From contig JAQBYT010000001.1 of NCBI GenBank assembly GCA_027622665.1, forward strand, positions 64,001 through 128,000: a DNA stretch of 64,000 nucleotides, written 5' to 3'. Position numbers and translations under genes: made by a program. The notes beneath the pieces were generated by a model. The model was not told the DNA's origin. It did no database searches and saw nothing but the letters and a program-made list of their open reading frames with translations. Source of the stretch: Verrucomicrobiota bacterium. GTDB lineage: Bacteria; Verrucomicrobiota; Verrucomicrobiia; Opitutales; Seribacteraceae. Positions 33,185-43,398 of the stretch are shown one piece after another (within the stretch, counting starts at the first letter, position 1; every line of letters begins with the position of its first letter).

Positions 33185-34729
33185 ATGTCACAAGAATTAT
33201 CTTCTACTCGACAAAGTCGGGATTCGAGTCGTAAGGCTCCACCGACTATTATTGTTATTTTCGGAGCATCGGGCGACCTCACAGCCCGTAAGCTTTTGCC
33301 CGGACTTTACAATCTTGGATTTGACGGTTTGCTCTCCGAGCATTTTCACCTTATCGGATATGGGCGAAGCGAACTGTCCGACGAAGCTTTTCGCCAGAGC
33401 ATGCGAGATGCCATTTGGAAGCACTCCCGCCGGCCTCTTAATGAAGAGATTTGGGGGCAAATATCCGGCAACCTCCACTACCATGCAGGCCCTTACGACG
33501 CACCGGATTCTTTCGACCGACTTAGCAAACGCATCGGTGCAATCGAAAGTTCGATCGGGACCGAAACGCAGTGCCTTTTTTATGTTTCGACTCCGCCAAA
33601 CGTTTTTAAGCCTATCTTGGAGAACCTTGGAAATTCAGGTTTGGCTCGTCGCCACAGGCGAACTCCTGCCTCCTCAAAGGTCGTAATCGAAAAACCATTT
33701 GGTCGTGATCTTTCTTCCGCGCAGGAACTTAATGCGATTATAAATCGAAGATTTGACGAGTCCCAAGTATACCGCATCGACCACTACCTTGGGAAGGAAA
33801 CCGTACAGAGTCTTCTCGTACAGCGCTTTGCAAACTCCATTTTTGAGCCGATATGGAATCGCCGTTACGTGTCTTGCGTTCAGGTCACTGTGGCGGAGAC
33901 CATAGGAATTGGGTCGCGAGGAGGCTATTATGACCGAAGTGGCGCATTAAGGGACATGGTCCAGAACCATGTCATGCAATTGCTTGCTCTTACTGCAATG
34001 GAACCGCCCTCTTCTCTCGACCCCGAAGCGATTAGAGACGAAAAAGTAAAGGCTCTCAGTGCGATTCGCCCACTCGATCTCGACGGAGATGATACCGATG
34101 TCGTTCGTGCACTCTACAAGGAAGGCTTGGTTGGAGGCGAGAAAGCGGTCGGCTACCTACAGGAAGAAGGTATCCCCGAAGATTCCTCTACCGAAACCTA
34201 CACGGCGATTCGTTTGTATCTTGATAATTGGCGATGGAAAGGCGTTCCGTTCTATCTCCGTTCGGGTAAGCGCATGTCGCGCAAAGCCAGCGAAATTACG
34301 GTTCAATTTAGTCGACCACCCGCAATCCTCTTTGGTGAGGGAGACCGTTTTGACATATCTCCTAATTCTCTAGTTATACGCATTCAACCGAACGAAGGCG
34401 TTACTCTCACCCTAAATTCGAAAAAACCCGGACTTGCGACTCGACTCCAACCAGTCGAACTTTCCTTTGGTTATGACACGACCTTCGGTTCTGATACACC
34501 GGAGGCTTACGAGCGTCTCATCCTCGATGCTATGAACGGAGACGGAACTCTCTTTATTCGAGGAGATGAAACGGAAACTTCTTGGAGTCTCCTCACGCCC
34601 GTGCTTGAGCACTGGGCTGAAAGCGGAACCAAAGGACTCCGCACCTATGCGGCGGGGACATGGGGACCACTCGATGCAGACAAACTACTCATCAGAAACG
34701 GTCATGAATGGCAAGTTTCCGGCACTTGA
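33185..34729 (+). CDS. zwf: Glucose-6-phosphate 1-dehydrogenase
   Basis: GASGDL, IEKPFG, RIDHYLGKE, RDMVQNH, EAYERL. Confidence 0.97.
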   Translation: MSQELSSTRQSRDSSRKAPPTIIVIFGASGDLTARKLLPGLYNLGFDGLLSEHFHLIGYGRSELSDEAFRQSMRDAIWKHSRRPLNEEIWGQISGNLHYHAGPYDAPDSFDRLSKRIGAIESSIGTETQCLFYVSTPPNVFKPILENLGNSGLARRHRRTPASSKVVIEKPFGRDLSSAQELNAIINRRFDESQVYRIDHYLGKETVQSLLVQRFANSIFEPIWNRRYVSCVQVTVAETIGIGSRGGYYDRSGALRDMVQNHVMQLLALTAMEPPSSLDPEAIRDEKVKALSAIRPLDLDGDDTDVVRALYKEGLVGGEKAVGYLQEEGIPEDSSTETYTAIRLYLDNWRWKGVPFYLRSGKRMSRKASEITVQFSRPPAILFGEGDRFDISPNSLVIRIQPNEGVTLTLNSKKPGLATRLQPVELSFGYDTTFGSDTPEAYERLILDAMNGDGTLFIRGDETETSWSLLTPVLEHWAESGTKGLRTYAAGTWGPLDADKLLIRNGHEWQVSGT

Positions 34730-35088
34730 AAATGGGAATGTCCTAGCTAAGGTGCTCAAATCGGATGGTAACACATAAGAACGACAGGATCTGTGCAGTC
34801 CGTCGCAAAAAATCAGAGATGATATAACAAGTGACTACTCGATGAAACACCTAGAATCTGATCTCCTGAAAATTGTCCATGTTTCTGCATGGCAAGATTG
34901 TGAGATCAATTCCATTAGGTCAGAATGTTTGAAAAAGAAAGTATCCCCTCACCAAGCCGAACTGATAAGATATCGGAGAAATTTCTCATTGGTTCTTGAA
35001 AGAATTCGATCGATGCGTCAATTGAGGCAGTTGAAAACTCAACCTGCCAAGAACTAGCGGGGATAGTTCCCTTTTAAATTTAAAAATC

Positions 35089-36591
35089 ATGGACGATAAT
35101 CTTTCAGAAATTGGTCTCATAGGCTTGGCCGTCATGGGGCAAAACCTTGCCTTGAACATTGCGGATCACGGATTTCGCATCTCAGTTTACAACCGAACCT
35201 CATCCAAGACAAAAGCCTTCGTGGAAAGCAATCCGGATACTCCCGGAGGCCTTGTTGATTGCGAATCACTCGAGAAGTTGGTATCATCGATTCAGCGACC
35301 CAGAAAAATAATTCTTTTAGTGCAGGCGGGAGAAGCAACTGATGCGGTGATAAATTCTCTTCTGCCTCACTTGGACAAAGGAGACATTATCATTGATGGG
35401 GGCAATGCCAAGTGGACCGATACAATCCGTCGCGAAAAAGAGCTCAAGGGGAAAGGCTTTCATTTCATCGGTTCAGGAGTTAGCGGTGGTGAAGAGGGCG
35501 CTCGCTTCGGGCCATCTCTCATGCCGGGAGGCGATTTGGAGGCATGGGCGACACTCGAACCCATTTGGCAGTCAATCGCCGCAAAAGTTGATCCTGAGAA
35601 TGGAAAACCTCTTGAGGGCGCCGAACCCGGCAAACCGATTGAAGGCGGTTTCCCCTGCTCGGCCTATATTGGGCCAAACGGTGCCGGCCATTATGTTAAG
35701 ATGGTTCATAATGGCATAGAGTACGGAGACATGCAGATGATCTGCGAGGCCTATGACTTGATGCAACGCCTTCTCGATCTAACTCCGCTGGAAATGGGAG
35801 AAATCTTTGACGACTGGAATAAGGGATCACTTGATTCCTTTCTCATAGAGATTACGGCAGACATTCTCAAACAAGCAGACCCTCGCACTGGCAAACCTTT
35901 CGTCGATATCGTGCTGGATACTGCTGGTCAAAAAGGAACGGGGAAATGGACCTCTGTCAACGCCCTCGACATGGGCGTGCCCGCCCCAACTGTATCAGAA
36001 GCCGTGTTCGCTCGCTGCCTAAGCGCCGTAAAAGAGGAACGGGTGGCAGCCGAATCCGTGTTGTCGGGACCTGAGCACTCTTTCTCGGGAGACAAGGTGG
36101 AATTCGTCAAGGCCATTCGTGACGCACTCTATTGCTCAAAGATCTGCTCGTACGCCCAAGGTTTTCAGCTCATGCGCGAAGCTCAAAACGAATACGACTG
36201 GGAACTGAACTTCGGTGAAATTGCCCAAATTTGGCGAGGTGGATGTATCATACGGGCCGCCTTCCTGCAAAAAATCACCGAGGCCTACGAGCGAGATCCT
36301 TCTTTAGCTAATCTCCTGCTCGACCCCTACTTCCGCGATTCTATTGCCGCCGCTCAAGCCAATTGGCGGAAAGTCGTGGCCACCGCCGCCGAACATGGTG
36401 TGCCGATTCCCACTTTTGCCTCCGCACTAGCCTACTATGACGGCTACCGCTGTGCCCGACTTCCCCAAAACCTGCTTCAAGCGCAGCGAGATTATTTTGG
36501 CGCCCATACCTATGAACGTACGGATGAGGAACGAGGGAACTTCTTCCATATAGATTGGCCCGAGTCCGAACGCGTAGAGCTTGCCACTTAG
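35089..36591 (+). CDS. gnd: 6-phosphogluconate dehydrogenase (decarboxylating)
   Basis: [47 protein letters not shown]. Confidence 0.97.
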   Translation: MDDNLSEIGLIGLAVMGQNLALNIADHGFRISVYNRTSSKTKAFVESNPDTPGGLVDCESLEKLVSSIQRPRKIILLVQAGEATDAVINSLLPHLDKGDIIIDGGNAKWTDTIRREKELKGKGFHFIGSGVSGGEEGARFGPSLMPGGDLEAWATLEPIWQSIAAKVDPENGKPLEGAEPGKPIEGGFPCSAYIGPNGAGHYVKMVHNGIEYGDMQMICEAYDLMQRLLDLTPLEMGEIFDDWNKGSLDSFLIEITADILKQADPRTGKPFVDIVLDTAGQKGTGKWTSVNALDMGVPAPTVSEAVFARCLSAVKEERVAAESVLSGPEHSFSGDKVEFVKAIRDALYCSKICSYAQGFQLMREAQNEYDWELNFGEIAQIWRGGCIIRAAFLQKITEAYERDPSLANLLLDPYFRDSIAAAQANWRKVVATAAEHGVPIPTFASALAYYDGYRCARLPQNLLQAQRDYFGAHTYERTDEERGNFFHIDWPESERVELAT

Positions 36592-36624
36592 ACTTTTGTC
36601 TAAGTATGGGGAAAGAGTTACCCC

Positions 36625-37221
36625 CTAGACTTTTGCCTCGAGGTAAATCTTCCGCACACACGAAAGATCGTGCCCCATCGATTCGCTGTTCACGCAGTAG
36701 TCGTATTCTCCATTTTGGGCTACTTCAGCTCTGGCCGTAGCCATACGGCGTTCGATTTCTTCTTCGGAGTCAGTACCCCGGCTAGTTAGTCGACGTTTCA
36801 ACTCTTCCAAGTTTTTAGGCATCAAAAAAATCGTCCGAAGTTTACCCGACAAGAACCGATCCGTCTCGCTCGCCTTTCGAAACGCTTCGAAACCTTGAAC
36901 ATCTACGTTCAACAGAAGATCAACGCCCATTTCCAATCGTTTTCTGATCTCGCTTTTCAATGTGCCATAACGTCGCCCATGCACCAATGCATGTTCGTAA
37001 AACTCACTTTCCGAAACCTTTCTTTCAAACTCTTCAATAGACAGAAAGTGATAATCCACTCCGTCTAGCTCTCCCTCTCGAGGGGCTCGCGTTGTAGCCG
37101 TAACCACTCGTTCTAGGCTGGGGCCGAATTCCGCCAACAAACTCTCGCAAACCGTAGTCTTACCAATTCCCGCTGGTCCGGAAACAAGAAGTACAATTCC
37201 GCACGAACCAATATCGTTCAT
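36625..37221 (-). CDS. gmk: Guanylate kinase
   Basis: SGPAGIGKTT, TTRAPREGELDGVDYHF, YGT, DVQG, RGTDSEE. Confidence 0.95.
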   Translation of the reverse strand: MNDIGSCGIVLLVSGPAGIGKTTVCESLLAEFGPSLERVVTATTRAPREGELDGVDYHFLSIEEFERKVSESEFYEHALVHGRRYGTLKSEIRKRLEMGVDLLLNVDVQGFEAFRKASETDRFLSGKLRTIFLMPKNLEELKRRLTSRGTDSEEEIERRMATARAEVAQNGEYDYCVNSESMGHDLSCVRKIYLEAKV

Positions 37222-37760
37222 TAATATCCAAAAGCTATAGCGCCCAGTAACAAACCATAAGCCGCCATCGACACCCCAAGAATACGAAGGCGCGGGCTAG
37301 GGACATAGAGCCAGTTTAAGAAATCCCTTAACCGATAAGGCCAAGCGCCAAGGTAAAGGGCTATTGCAATCCCGACATATACGATAGAAACCATAAACAG
37401 TCGACTCTCGGGTTCTTGCATAAAAGCAGCATCCAAAGCTTCTCTCGAATAGAACAAAACTAAGATCGAAGCACCCCTAACGGCCAGAAAATCGGGAAGG
37501 AATTTAAAAGACATCACAAGCAACGCCACGGTAATAAAAGCGATCAACACCTTGTGCTCACCAAAATCCGATTCGCTAAGATGCAAAATGTGCCGGTACA
37601 AGAACCAAGCTGCTGCAATCGTCATCGTCGCAATCGCGGTGATCTTCGACCGTGGAAAACCCTTTACGATAGGTTCCGAAGTTGCTGGGTTCCAAACCAA
37701 GTAGGCACCTAATGCCAAAAGAATGCAGCCAGTGAACAAAGTATTAAAAAAGAGATCCAT
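37221..37760 (-). CDS. Hypothetical integral membrane protein
   Basis: Several hydrophobic helices; tightly packed between miaB and gmk. Confidence 0.75.
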   Translation of the reverse strand: MDLFFNTLFTGCILLALGAYLVWNPATSEPIVKGFPRSKITAIATMTIAAAWFLYRHILHLSESDFGEHKVLIAFITVALLVMSFKFLPDFLAVRGASILVLFYSREALDAAFMQEPESRLFMVSIVYVGIAIALYLGAWPYRLRDFLNWLYVPSPRLRILGVSMAAYGLLLGAIAFGY

Positions 37761-37771
37761 AAATACAGTTT

Positions 37772-39157
37772 CTAATTAACGGAAGACAACTCTTCCAAAG
37801 TCTGTTCGGTTAGAACAGGAATACCATGCAGAACCGTTACGGTCGCTTCCTCAATCTTAACGTCAAGTAATTGGCCGACCATCCGTTTGCTTCCGGGGAA
37901 AATCACTTTGCAAAATCCTCGCGTACGACCGATGTACTTGCCCTCACCTTTGCGGGCCGGTCCTTCGACTAAAACTTGCTGAGAAGTACCGACCAATGAT
38001 TCGTTTCGCAATAGCGAGCTCTTTTCCAAAATACGAAGCAATCCCTGATTGCGGGCTTCCTTCGTGTCTCGAGGTATCTGGTCTGCCATGTCTGCAGCCT
38101 TCGTACCCGTACGGATGCTGTACTTGAAAATAAAGGCCATTTCGAATCCCACGTCTTCAAAAAGAGTCTTGGTTTGTTCAAAGTCATTCTCCGTTTCTCC
38201 GGGAAAACCGACAATAATGTCAGTGCTCAGGTGAATATCCGGCACTGATTCGCGCAAAGAATCGACAATGCGAAGAAATTTCTCTTTAGTGTATGGTCTG
38301 TTCATCGCTTTCAGAATGCGATTAGAACCACTTTGAACGGGCAGGTGTGCATATTCGCACAATTTGGGCAATTCACGGTAAGCATTCACCAAGTCCTTCC
38401 CATAGCCTACGGGATGTGGGGAGGTGAAACGAATGCGTTCCAAAGAGTTTACTTCGTGGATCGCCTCCAACAATTGAACAAAAGGACTTTTCCCTTTGGA
38501 ATAAGGTATTTGCCCGCGACCATAGGCATTCACAATCTGTCCAAGTAGAGTGACTTCACGCGTGCCAGTCGATACCAATTCCTCCACTTCTGCCACAATA
38601 TGCTCAATGGGACGATAGCGTTCTTCGCCACGTGTCTTTGGAACGATGCAGAATGCGCAGTTCATATTGCATCCCTGCATTATCGAAACAAAGGCTGAAA
38701 CCTTGAGCTGATCTGGCGTATGCTCACGGATTTCATTTTGCGAATCCTGCTCATCTCCCAAGTCAATGACTGTTTGCGGGGAAGGACCTAAACCCGTAAT
38801 TGTTGACGCCAGATTGTCGAGATGATCTGGAATGCGATGAATTTTTTGAGTTCCGACAATAAGGTCTAAATCCGGCAGTCGATCCAACAGATCTTCGCCA
38901 TGGTTTTGAGCCATACATCCCATAATCCCAAACACAAAGTTAGGGTTTTTCTTTTTACGAGAGGCGAGATAGCCGGCTTTGCCAATCGCTTTTTGTTCCG
39001 CCTGATCCCTAACGCTGCAAGTGTTTAGAAGAACAATGTCCGCAGTTTTTTCATCATAGACAATAGAATAACCGCGAGCTCGCAACTTGGAGGAAACAGC
39101 CTCCGAGTCACGCTCGTTCATCTGGCAACCATAAGTCTTGATGTAAACGCGATTCAT
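37772..39157 (-). CDS. miaB: tRNA-2-methylthio-N6-dimethylallyladenosine synthase
   Basis: TYGCQMN, NTCSVR, radical SAM CNMNCAFC, RIRFTSPHP and a C-terminal TRAM domain. Confidence 0.96.
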   Translation of the reverse strand: MNRVYIKTYGCQMNERDSEAVSSKLRARGYSIVYDEKTADIVLLNTCSVRDQAEQKAIGKAGYLASRKKKNPNFVFGIMGCMAQNHGEDLLDRLPDLDLIVGTQKIHRIPDHLDNLASTITGLGPSPQTVIDLGDEQDSQNEIREHTPDQLKVSAFVSIMQGCNMNCAFCIVPKTRGEERYRPIEHIVAEVEELVSTGTREVTLLGQIVNAYGRGQIPYSKGKSPFVQLLEAIHEVNSLERIRFTSPHPVGYGKDLVNAYRELPKLCEYAHLPVQSGSNRILKAMNRPYTKEKFLRIVDSLRESVPDIHLSTDIIVGFPGETENDFEQTKTLFEDVGFEMAFIFKYSIRTGTKAADMADQIPRDTKEARNQGLLRILEKSSLLRNESLVGTSQQVLVEGPARKGEGKYIGRTRGFCKVIFPGSKRMVGQLLDVKIEEATVTVLHGIPVLTEQTLEELSSVN

Positions 39158-39222
39158 TCGAGAGCAACGAAAGGGTCAAAAGGATAAGTCGACTGGTTAG
39201 ACGGTCAATCGCTAACATTATC

Positions 39223-40239
39223 TCACGACCATGTGCGAATCTTATCCTCCGGTACATAATTCAACAACTGTTGTGTCATGAAATCGTTTATCTCGAGCCT
39301 CTCGTCGCAGGTATGGGAAACCACACCATTCTTATGCTCGAAATCGCGATAAACCAATTCCTCGGTAGGTCTTGCCTGAGCCATTCTTCGAAAATAATCG
39401 CCGTTCATCCGAAAAGTTCCGACAGTAACGTCTCTTAACTGTTCCATTGGAAATTTGCAAAATATCTCGTTTATCAAATCTGAATATCCCTCTCGCCATC
39501 CCTCCACGGGGATAACCGGGTCAAAGCAAAGGCGGATACCCCAACCATGCGAAGCAGCCATCAAGGCGTCCTCAATACGCCTGCGTGTGACCGGGGCACC
39601 CTTTTCATAACTTTTCCCGACGGCGTGAGGAGACAAGGTCCAAGCCAAGAGTACGCGATCGTTAGGAGGTAAATCCTGAATTGCCGAAAAGTTTGCACTC
39701 TTTGTCCGGATTTCAATATCAAACCCGGAATGGTCTTCCAAAAAACGTATCCATTCTCGACAAACCCCTGATACCTTTTCGAAAGCCAGTAAATCGCAAT
39801 CATGTGATATGCTGAGTAATACTGGTTTCTGCTTATTTTCTCTTTTGGAAATAAAATCAGTTATAGAAGAGAAATAATCTTCTAGATTAACAAACTGAAC
39901 CAAGTTTGCAGAGGAGAACATACCCTGTAGGTAGCAATAAGAACAATCGTACAGACAATTTAGCATTAACGCAGTGTAGAAATAATCTACTTCATCTCCC
40001 TCCTGCACGAAGTGACTCCCGTCGTAAATGTAATCAGACTTTTTTTTAGCTAGAATCAGTTTTTGGCTTAGTTTCTGAGCTGCGAAACTCTGGTTTCTGC
40101 GATTAAAAACCTCTTTGTAGTTATTAATAAAGATTATTTCAGCACGGGGGAAACTTTCAATAATTCTAATAGTCGTAGGATAGTCCTTCGCACCGTGCTC
40201 AATATATATATGAGAGAATGGTTTATTGAGCCAATTCAC
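39223..40239 (-). CDS. Spore photoproduct lyase-like radical SAM protein
   Basis: NCLYDCSYCYLQG, EIRTKS, LAWTLSP, LCFDPVI, all typical of SplB-family proteins. Confidence 0.8.
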   Translation of the reverse strand: MNWLNKPFSHIYIEHGAKDYPTTIRIIESFPRAEIIFINNYKEVFNRRNQSFAAQKLSQKLILAKKKSDYIYDGSHFVQEGDEVDYFYTALMLNCLYDCSYCYLQGMFSSANLVQFVNLEDYFSSITDFISKRENKQKPVLLSISHDCDLLAFEKVSGVCREWIRFLEDHSGFDIEIRTKSANFSAIQDLPPNDRVLLAWTLSPHAVGKSYEKGAPVTRRRIEDALMAASHGWGIRLCFDPVIPVEGWREGYSDLINEIFCKFPMEQLRDVTVGTFRMNGDYFRRMAQARPTEELVYRDFEHKNGVVSHTCDERLEINDFMTQQLLNYVPEDKIRTWS

Positions 40240-41065
40240 GACAAAGGTTTCTAAATGCTATGTTACGATCAGTTTTGGAGGTTGGTTGCACCTGTTCGGA
40301 ATTGTCTATGATCAATCCAAAATCAGCACCACGTAAATGTGCGCCAATCGCTGTTCGGTTTAGTTTGTGAGCTTGTGTCTTCGTTAATCTCCAAGATTTT
40401 GATATCGCGTCGACGGATTCCTGGAAATTAGCAGGAATTTTTGGAGGAGAAATAATAACTGACCTACAAATGCGTTCTAAAAAAATAGAGATTTCAGAAA
40501 TCCTTAAATGAATTAAATCCTCAATCACTTTGATGCTTTGCTTTGAGACATTTAAATAATCTGAGACTATTTTTATGCAATGGATGGAATGGGGCGGTAG
40601 AAAATGGGCCGCTGCTTGAAAGAATCCCGCAGACTCCATATCCACTACCTCGGCTAGAGGATCGAAATTCATAACCTTTCGGTCCTGTACCGGCAAATCG
40701 TGGCATTGAATCGCTGATTCTTTCCACTGATGGGAAATCAAAGGGTCCGGAAAGAAATCTCGACCTGTGCACATCTCTCGAATCCGATTCACATAACGCA
40801 TTTCCCCGATTTCGTGTTTGGAATCCCCAGAACCACAGAGACCAAAGTTGAGAGCTGATTCATAATCACCGTTCAGGCAAAAGGCTTTTGTCGTAGAGAT
40901 GGCGGATGCAATTCTTCCAACGCCTGTAATAATCAAAGTAAACTTATCATTACGATATTCCCCATGAGAGTAAAACTTGAGATTTAAGGCAGAAGCAAGC
41001 GGCCGAGCTTCAACTGGCAACGCAGCAACCAACAATACGGGACGCTTTTTTTTAAATTCACTCAA
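40223..41065 (-). CDS. Nucleoside phosphorylase / MTA-SAH nucleosidase-fold protein
   Basis: LVAALPVEA, ITGVG, NFGLCG, VDMESAGF, KIVSD. TTG start overlaps the HAD stop (TTGA). Confidence 0.75.
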   Translation of the reverse strand: MSEFKKKRPVLLVAALPVEARPLASALNLKFYSHGEYRNDKFTLIITGVGRIASAISTTKAFCLNGDYESALNFGLCGSGDSKHEIGEMRYVNRIREMCTGRDFFPDPLISHQWKESAIQCHDLPVQDRKVMNFDPLAEVVDMESAGFFQAAAHFLPPHSIHCIKIVSDYLNVSKQSIKVIEDLIHLRISEISIFLERICRSVIISPPKIPANFQESVDAISKSWRLTKTQAHKLNRTAIGAHLRGADFGLIIDNSEQVQPTSKTDRNIAFRNLCRELAQ

Positions 41066-41703
41066 GACACCCACTCCAGCAATTGATCCAATTCGTGAAT
41101 AATAGGGGAACCGGTTTGAGCTAGTTTTTTCTCTGAATGATGACCTTTCGAGAAAAGCAGGCAATCAATGCCCAAAGCTTGTGCGACTTCATAATCATGC
41201 AAAGTGTCTCCAACGAGCAAATACCTTTGATCCTTCAACACTGAAGTGTTCATAAAGCTTGTTGCTCGATCTATCTTTCCATCAGCGTAGATATTTGTAG
41301 TGCCGACGACGGCAAAAAAGAAATCATGTAGATTATGATGCCGAACAAAAGATTTCACATGATCTTCCTTACCCGCCGAAAGCAATGATTGATATACCCC
41401 AAGCGAGTCTATTGTTGAAACGACTTCCCTTGCGTATTTCTGCAGAGGGCATTCTTTCCAGTGAATATGATACTTTTCGATAAAATAAGATGAGATGTCA
41501 GTGAACTCTGCCCCTTTGTCTGGCAACCCAAGACTTTTGTAATATTCTCGGACGGGAAAATCAAATTGCTCTCGATACTCCTCTATCAAAAGTTCAGGCA
41601 ACCCTCTAGCCTCTAGGATTTCATTTACAATCGAGACGCATAATTCGGCATCGTCGATGATGGTTCCGTTCCAGTCCCAGATGATGTGAGAATACTTTTT
41701 TAT
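41062..41703 (-). CDS. HAD-superfamily hydrolase (phosphoglycolate phosphatase-like); start codon apparently ATA
   Basis: The frame extends upstream of the track ORF to (I)KKYSHIIWDWNGTIIDD (HAD motif I). Also LSA and VGDTLHD. No ATG/GTG/TTG lies upstream of motif I in frame. Confidence 0.8.
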   Translation of the reverse strand: MKKYSHIIWDWNGTIIDDAELCVSIVNEILEARGLPELLIEEYREQFDFPVREYYKSLGLPDKGAEFTDISSYFIEKYHIHWKECPLQKYAREVVSTIDSLGVYQSLLSAGKEDHVKSFVRHHNLHDFFFAVVGTTNIYADGKIDRATSFMNTSVLKDQRYLLVGDTLHDYEVAQALGIDCLLFSKGHHSEKKLAQTGSPIIHELDQLLEWVS

Positions 41704-41742
41704 AAGAAATTCGCTTTCGCCATTAAGAAAAACAAGCCTAGC

Positions 41743-42252
41743 TCAAAGCCTATGAAAGCTTTTGAATAATTGCGATGCATGCTTGTTGACCTTTTCCCAA
41801 CCGAGCAAGCTTTTCTTCCGAGTCGCACCCCAGTGGTATTCGCCCGTTTCACCGTTTGCTGGAAGTACGCGATGACAGGGAATGAGGATTGCCACAGGAT
41901 TTGCCCCAACTGCGGTTCCAACCGCCCTAGCCATACTCTTCCCTCCAAGTGACTCGGCAATTGTTCCGTAACTCACGGTCTGGCCCAAAGGCACCTGGAG
42001 CAAGGCATTCCAGACCATAAACTGAAATTCAGTTCCTCGCGGAAGCAAGGTGCTTCCCTTGCCCAATTGCTTTTCGTTAAAGGCACATTGCAAAGCTTTG
42101 GGAATGGCAATCGGAGTTCCAAAAAGGTTCTTTTCAATGAATTCTAGTTCCATCACAGCATTATGTTCACATGCAATCCGGACACATCCGGCGACTGTCT
42201 CTGCAAAAAAGATATCCATTGATAGGTAATAGACCTTGCCGTTTTTTTTCAC
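41743..42252 (-). CDS. ogt: Methylated-DNA--protein-cysteine methyltransferase
   Basis: GTEFQ..VW, SYG, ARAVGTAVGANP, active site IPCHRV, YHWG. Confidence 0.9.
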   Translation of the reverse strand: MKKNGKVYYLSMDIFFAETVAGCVRIACEHNAVMELEFIEKNLFGTPIAIPKALQCAFNEKQLGKGSTLLPRGTEFQFMVWNALLQVPLGQTVSYGTIAESLGGKSMARAVGTAVGANPVAILIPCHRVLPANGETGEYHWGATRKKSLLGWEKVNKHASQLFKSFHRL

Positions 42253-42278
42253 AGATTCAACACAGTAAAGAAACGGAC

Positions 42279-43337
42279 ATGAACACTTGGAAAATTGCAG
42301 TCGGTCTCTTCCTCTTCTCGTCTCTCACCGTCTTTGGAAAGACCGTTGTTAAACCAGTGGAACACGAGAAGGTTCCTTTCCGAGTACATGTCTTCGAGGA
42401 TTACGAAACGGACATTGAAAAACGGTGGTGGTTGCGAGGGGAACCCATCCGAAAAAGTCTGCCCCTTGGTTTATCGGAATCATTACCAAATAAAAGAGCA
42501 TGCCGATCGACCGAGACAAAAGATTTCGACCGAAAGATGGGCGACCGATCCAAGACCTATCAGGCAGTAATATTTAATCCTGTGCCTGGCCCACCGATGG
42601 CGGGCAACACGCATTTGAGCTTTCGTTGCCAATTGAAGAGAACGGATGTCCTTCGCTGCCAAATATACAGTTTATCAAAAGGCTATCATCGGCATCTTGT
42701 GCTAAGGAATTTGCCAAGAGACAAATGGCAGGCGTTGACGGTAGACATGACCGCAGCAAGAAGACCAGACGGAAGCGGAGGTCCACTGGAAAAGGACGAA
42801 CGCATAGACGACATCCAGTTCTATGTTGAAGAGGGGGCAGAGGTGTCGGTGGATGACGTCGTGCTCTTCGAACCTGCCCGCATTGGAGAAAAGGAAGCCT
42901 TTCCAAGACGGTTCATTTTCACTGGCTGGTTTGATACGGGAAAACAAGGAAAAGGCCATGAATGGCCCGGCGACTTCGACATCGTCTTGCACGAAAAGCC
43001 ACTTGCATGGGATGCCGCCAAGGCCGTTCAAGACGTAGCAACGGGAAACCCGTGGCTTCGAGTGAACTTGCGGGGTGTACGCCCACTAAGCGAAAGAAAC
43101 CGTCTGCGTTTCCGATGTAACACCTCGGCCAAGGAAATCCAAGTAAGCTTGCACGACACCGTATCGAACAAGGCTTGGGAAGATGTAGTCAAGGTTTCAA
43201 AGCAAGGAATCTGGCAAAACGCTGCAGTGGATTTTCAAGTCAAGAAAGGTTCTCGGGCAACGGACATCATATTCCGTATCCCCACAGGGGAGAACCTGCA
43301 AGTGGACGATCTCTTACTCTATGAACCCGACGAATAA
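42279..43337 (+). CDS. Secreted hypothetical protein with two beta-sandwich-like halves
   Basis: Signal peptide; the two halves end in similar strings (VSVDDVVLFEP / LQVDDLLLYEP). Confidence 0.7.
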   Translation: MNTWKIAVGLFLFSSLTVFGKTVVKPVEHEKVPFRVHVFEDYETDIEKRWWLRGEPIRKSLPLGLSESLPNKRACRSTETKDFDRKMGDRSKTYQAVIFNPVPGPPMAGNTHLSFRCQLKRTDVLRCQIYSLSKGYHRHLVLRNLPRDKWQALTVDMTAARRPDGSGGPLEKDERIDDIQFYVEEGAEVSVDDVVLFEPARIGEKEAFPRRFIFTGWFDTGKQGKGHEWPGDFDIVLHEKPLAWDAAKAVQDVATGNPWLRVNLRGVRPLSERNRLRFRCNTSAKEIQVSLHDTVSNKAWEDVVKVSKQGIWQNAAVDFQVKKGSRATDIIFRIPTGENLQVDDLLLYEPDE

Positions 43338-43398
43338 AGTTTTTCCAATTGTCACTTAGCCGTTTGACCTAGGTTATTCGAGAACCCAGTTTAAAATA

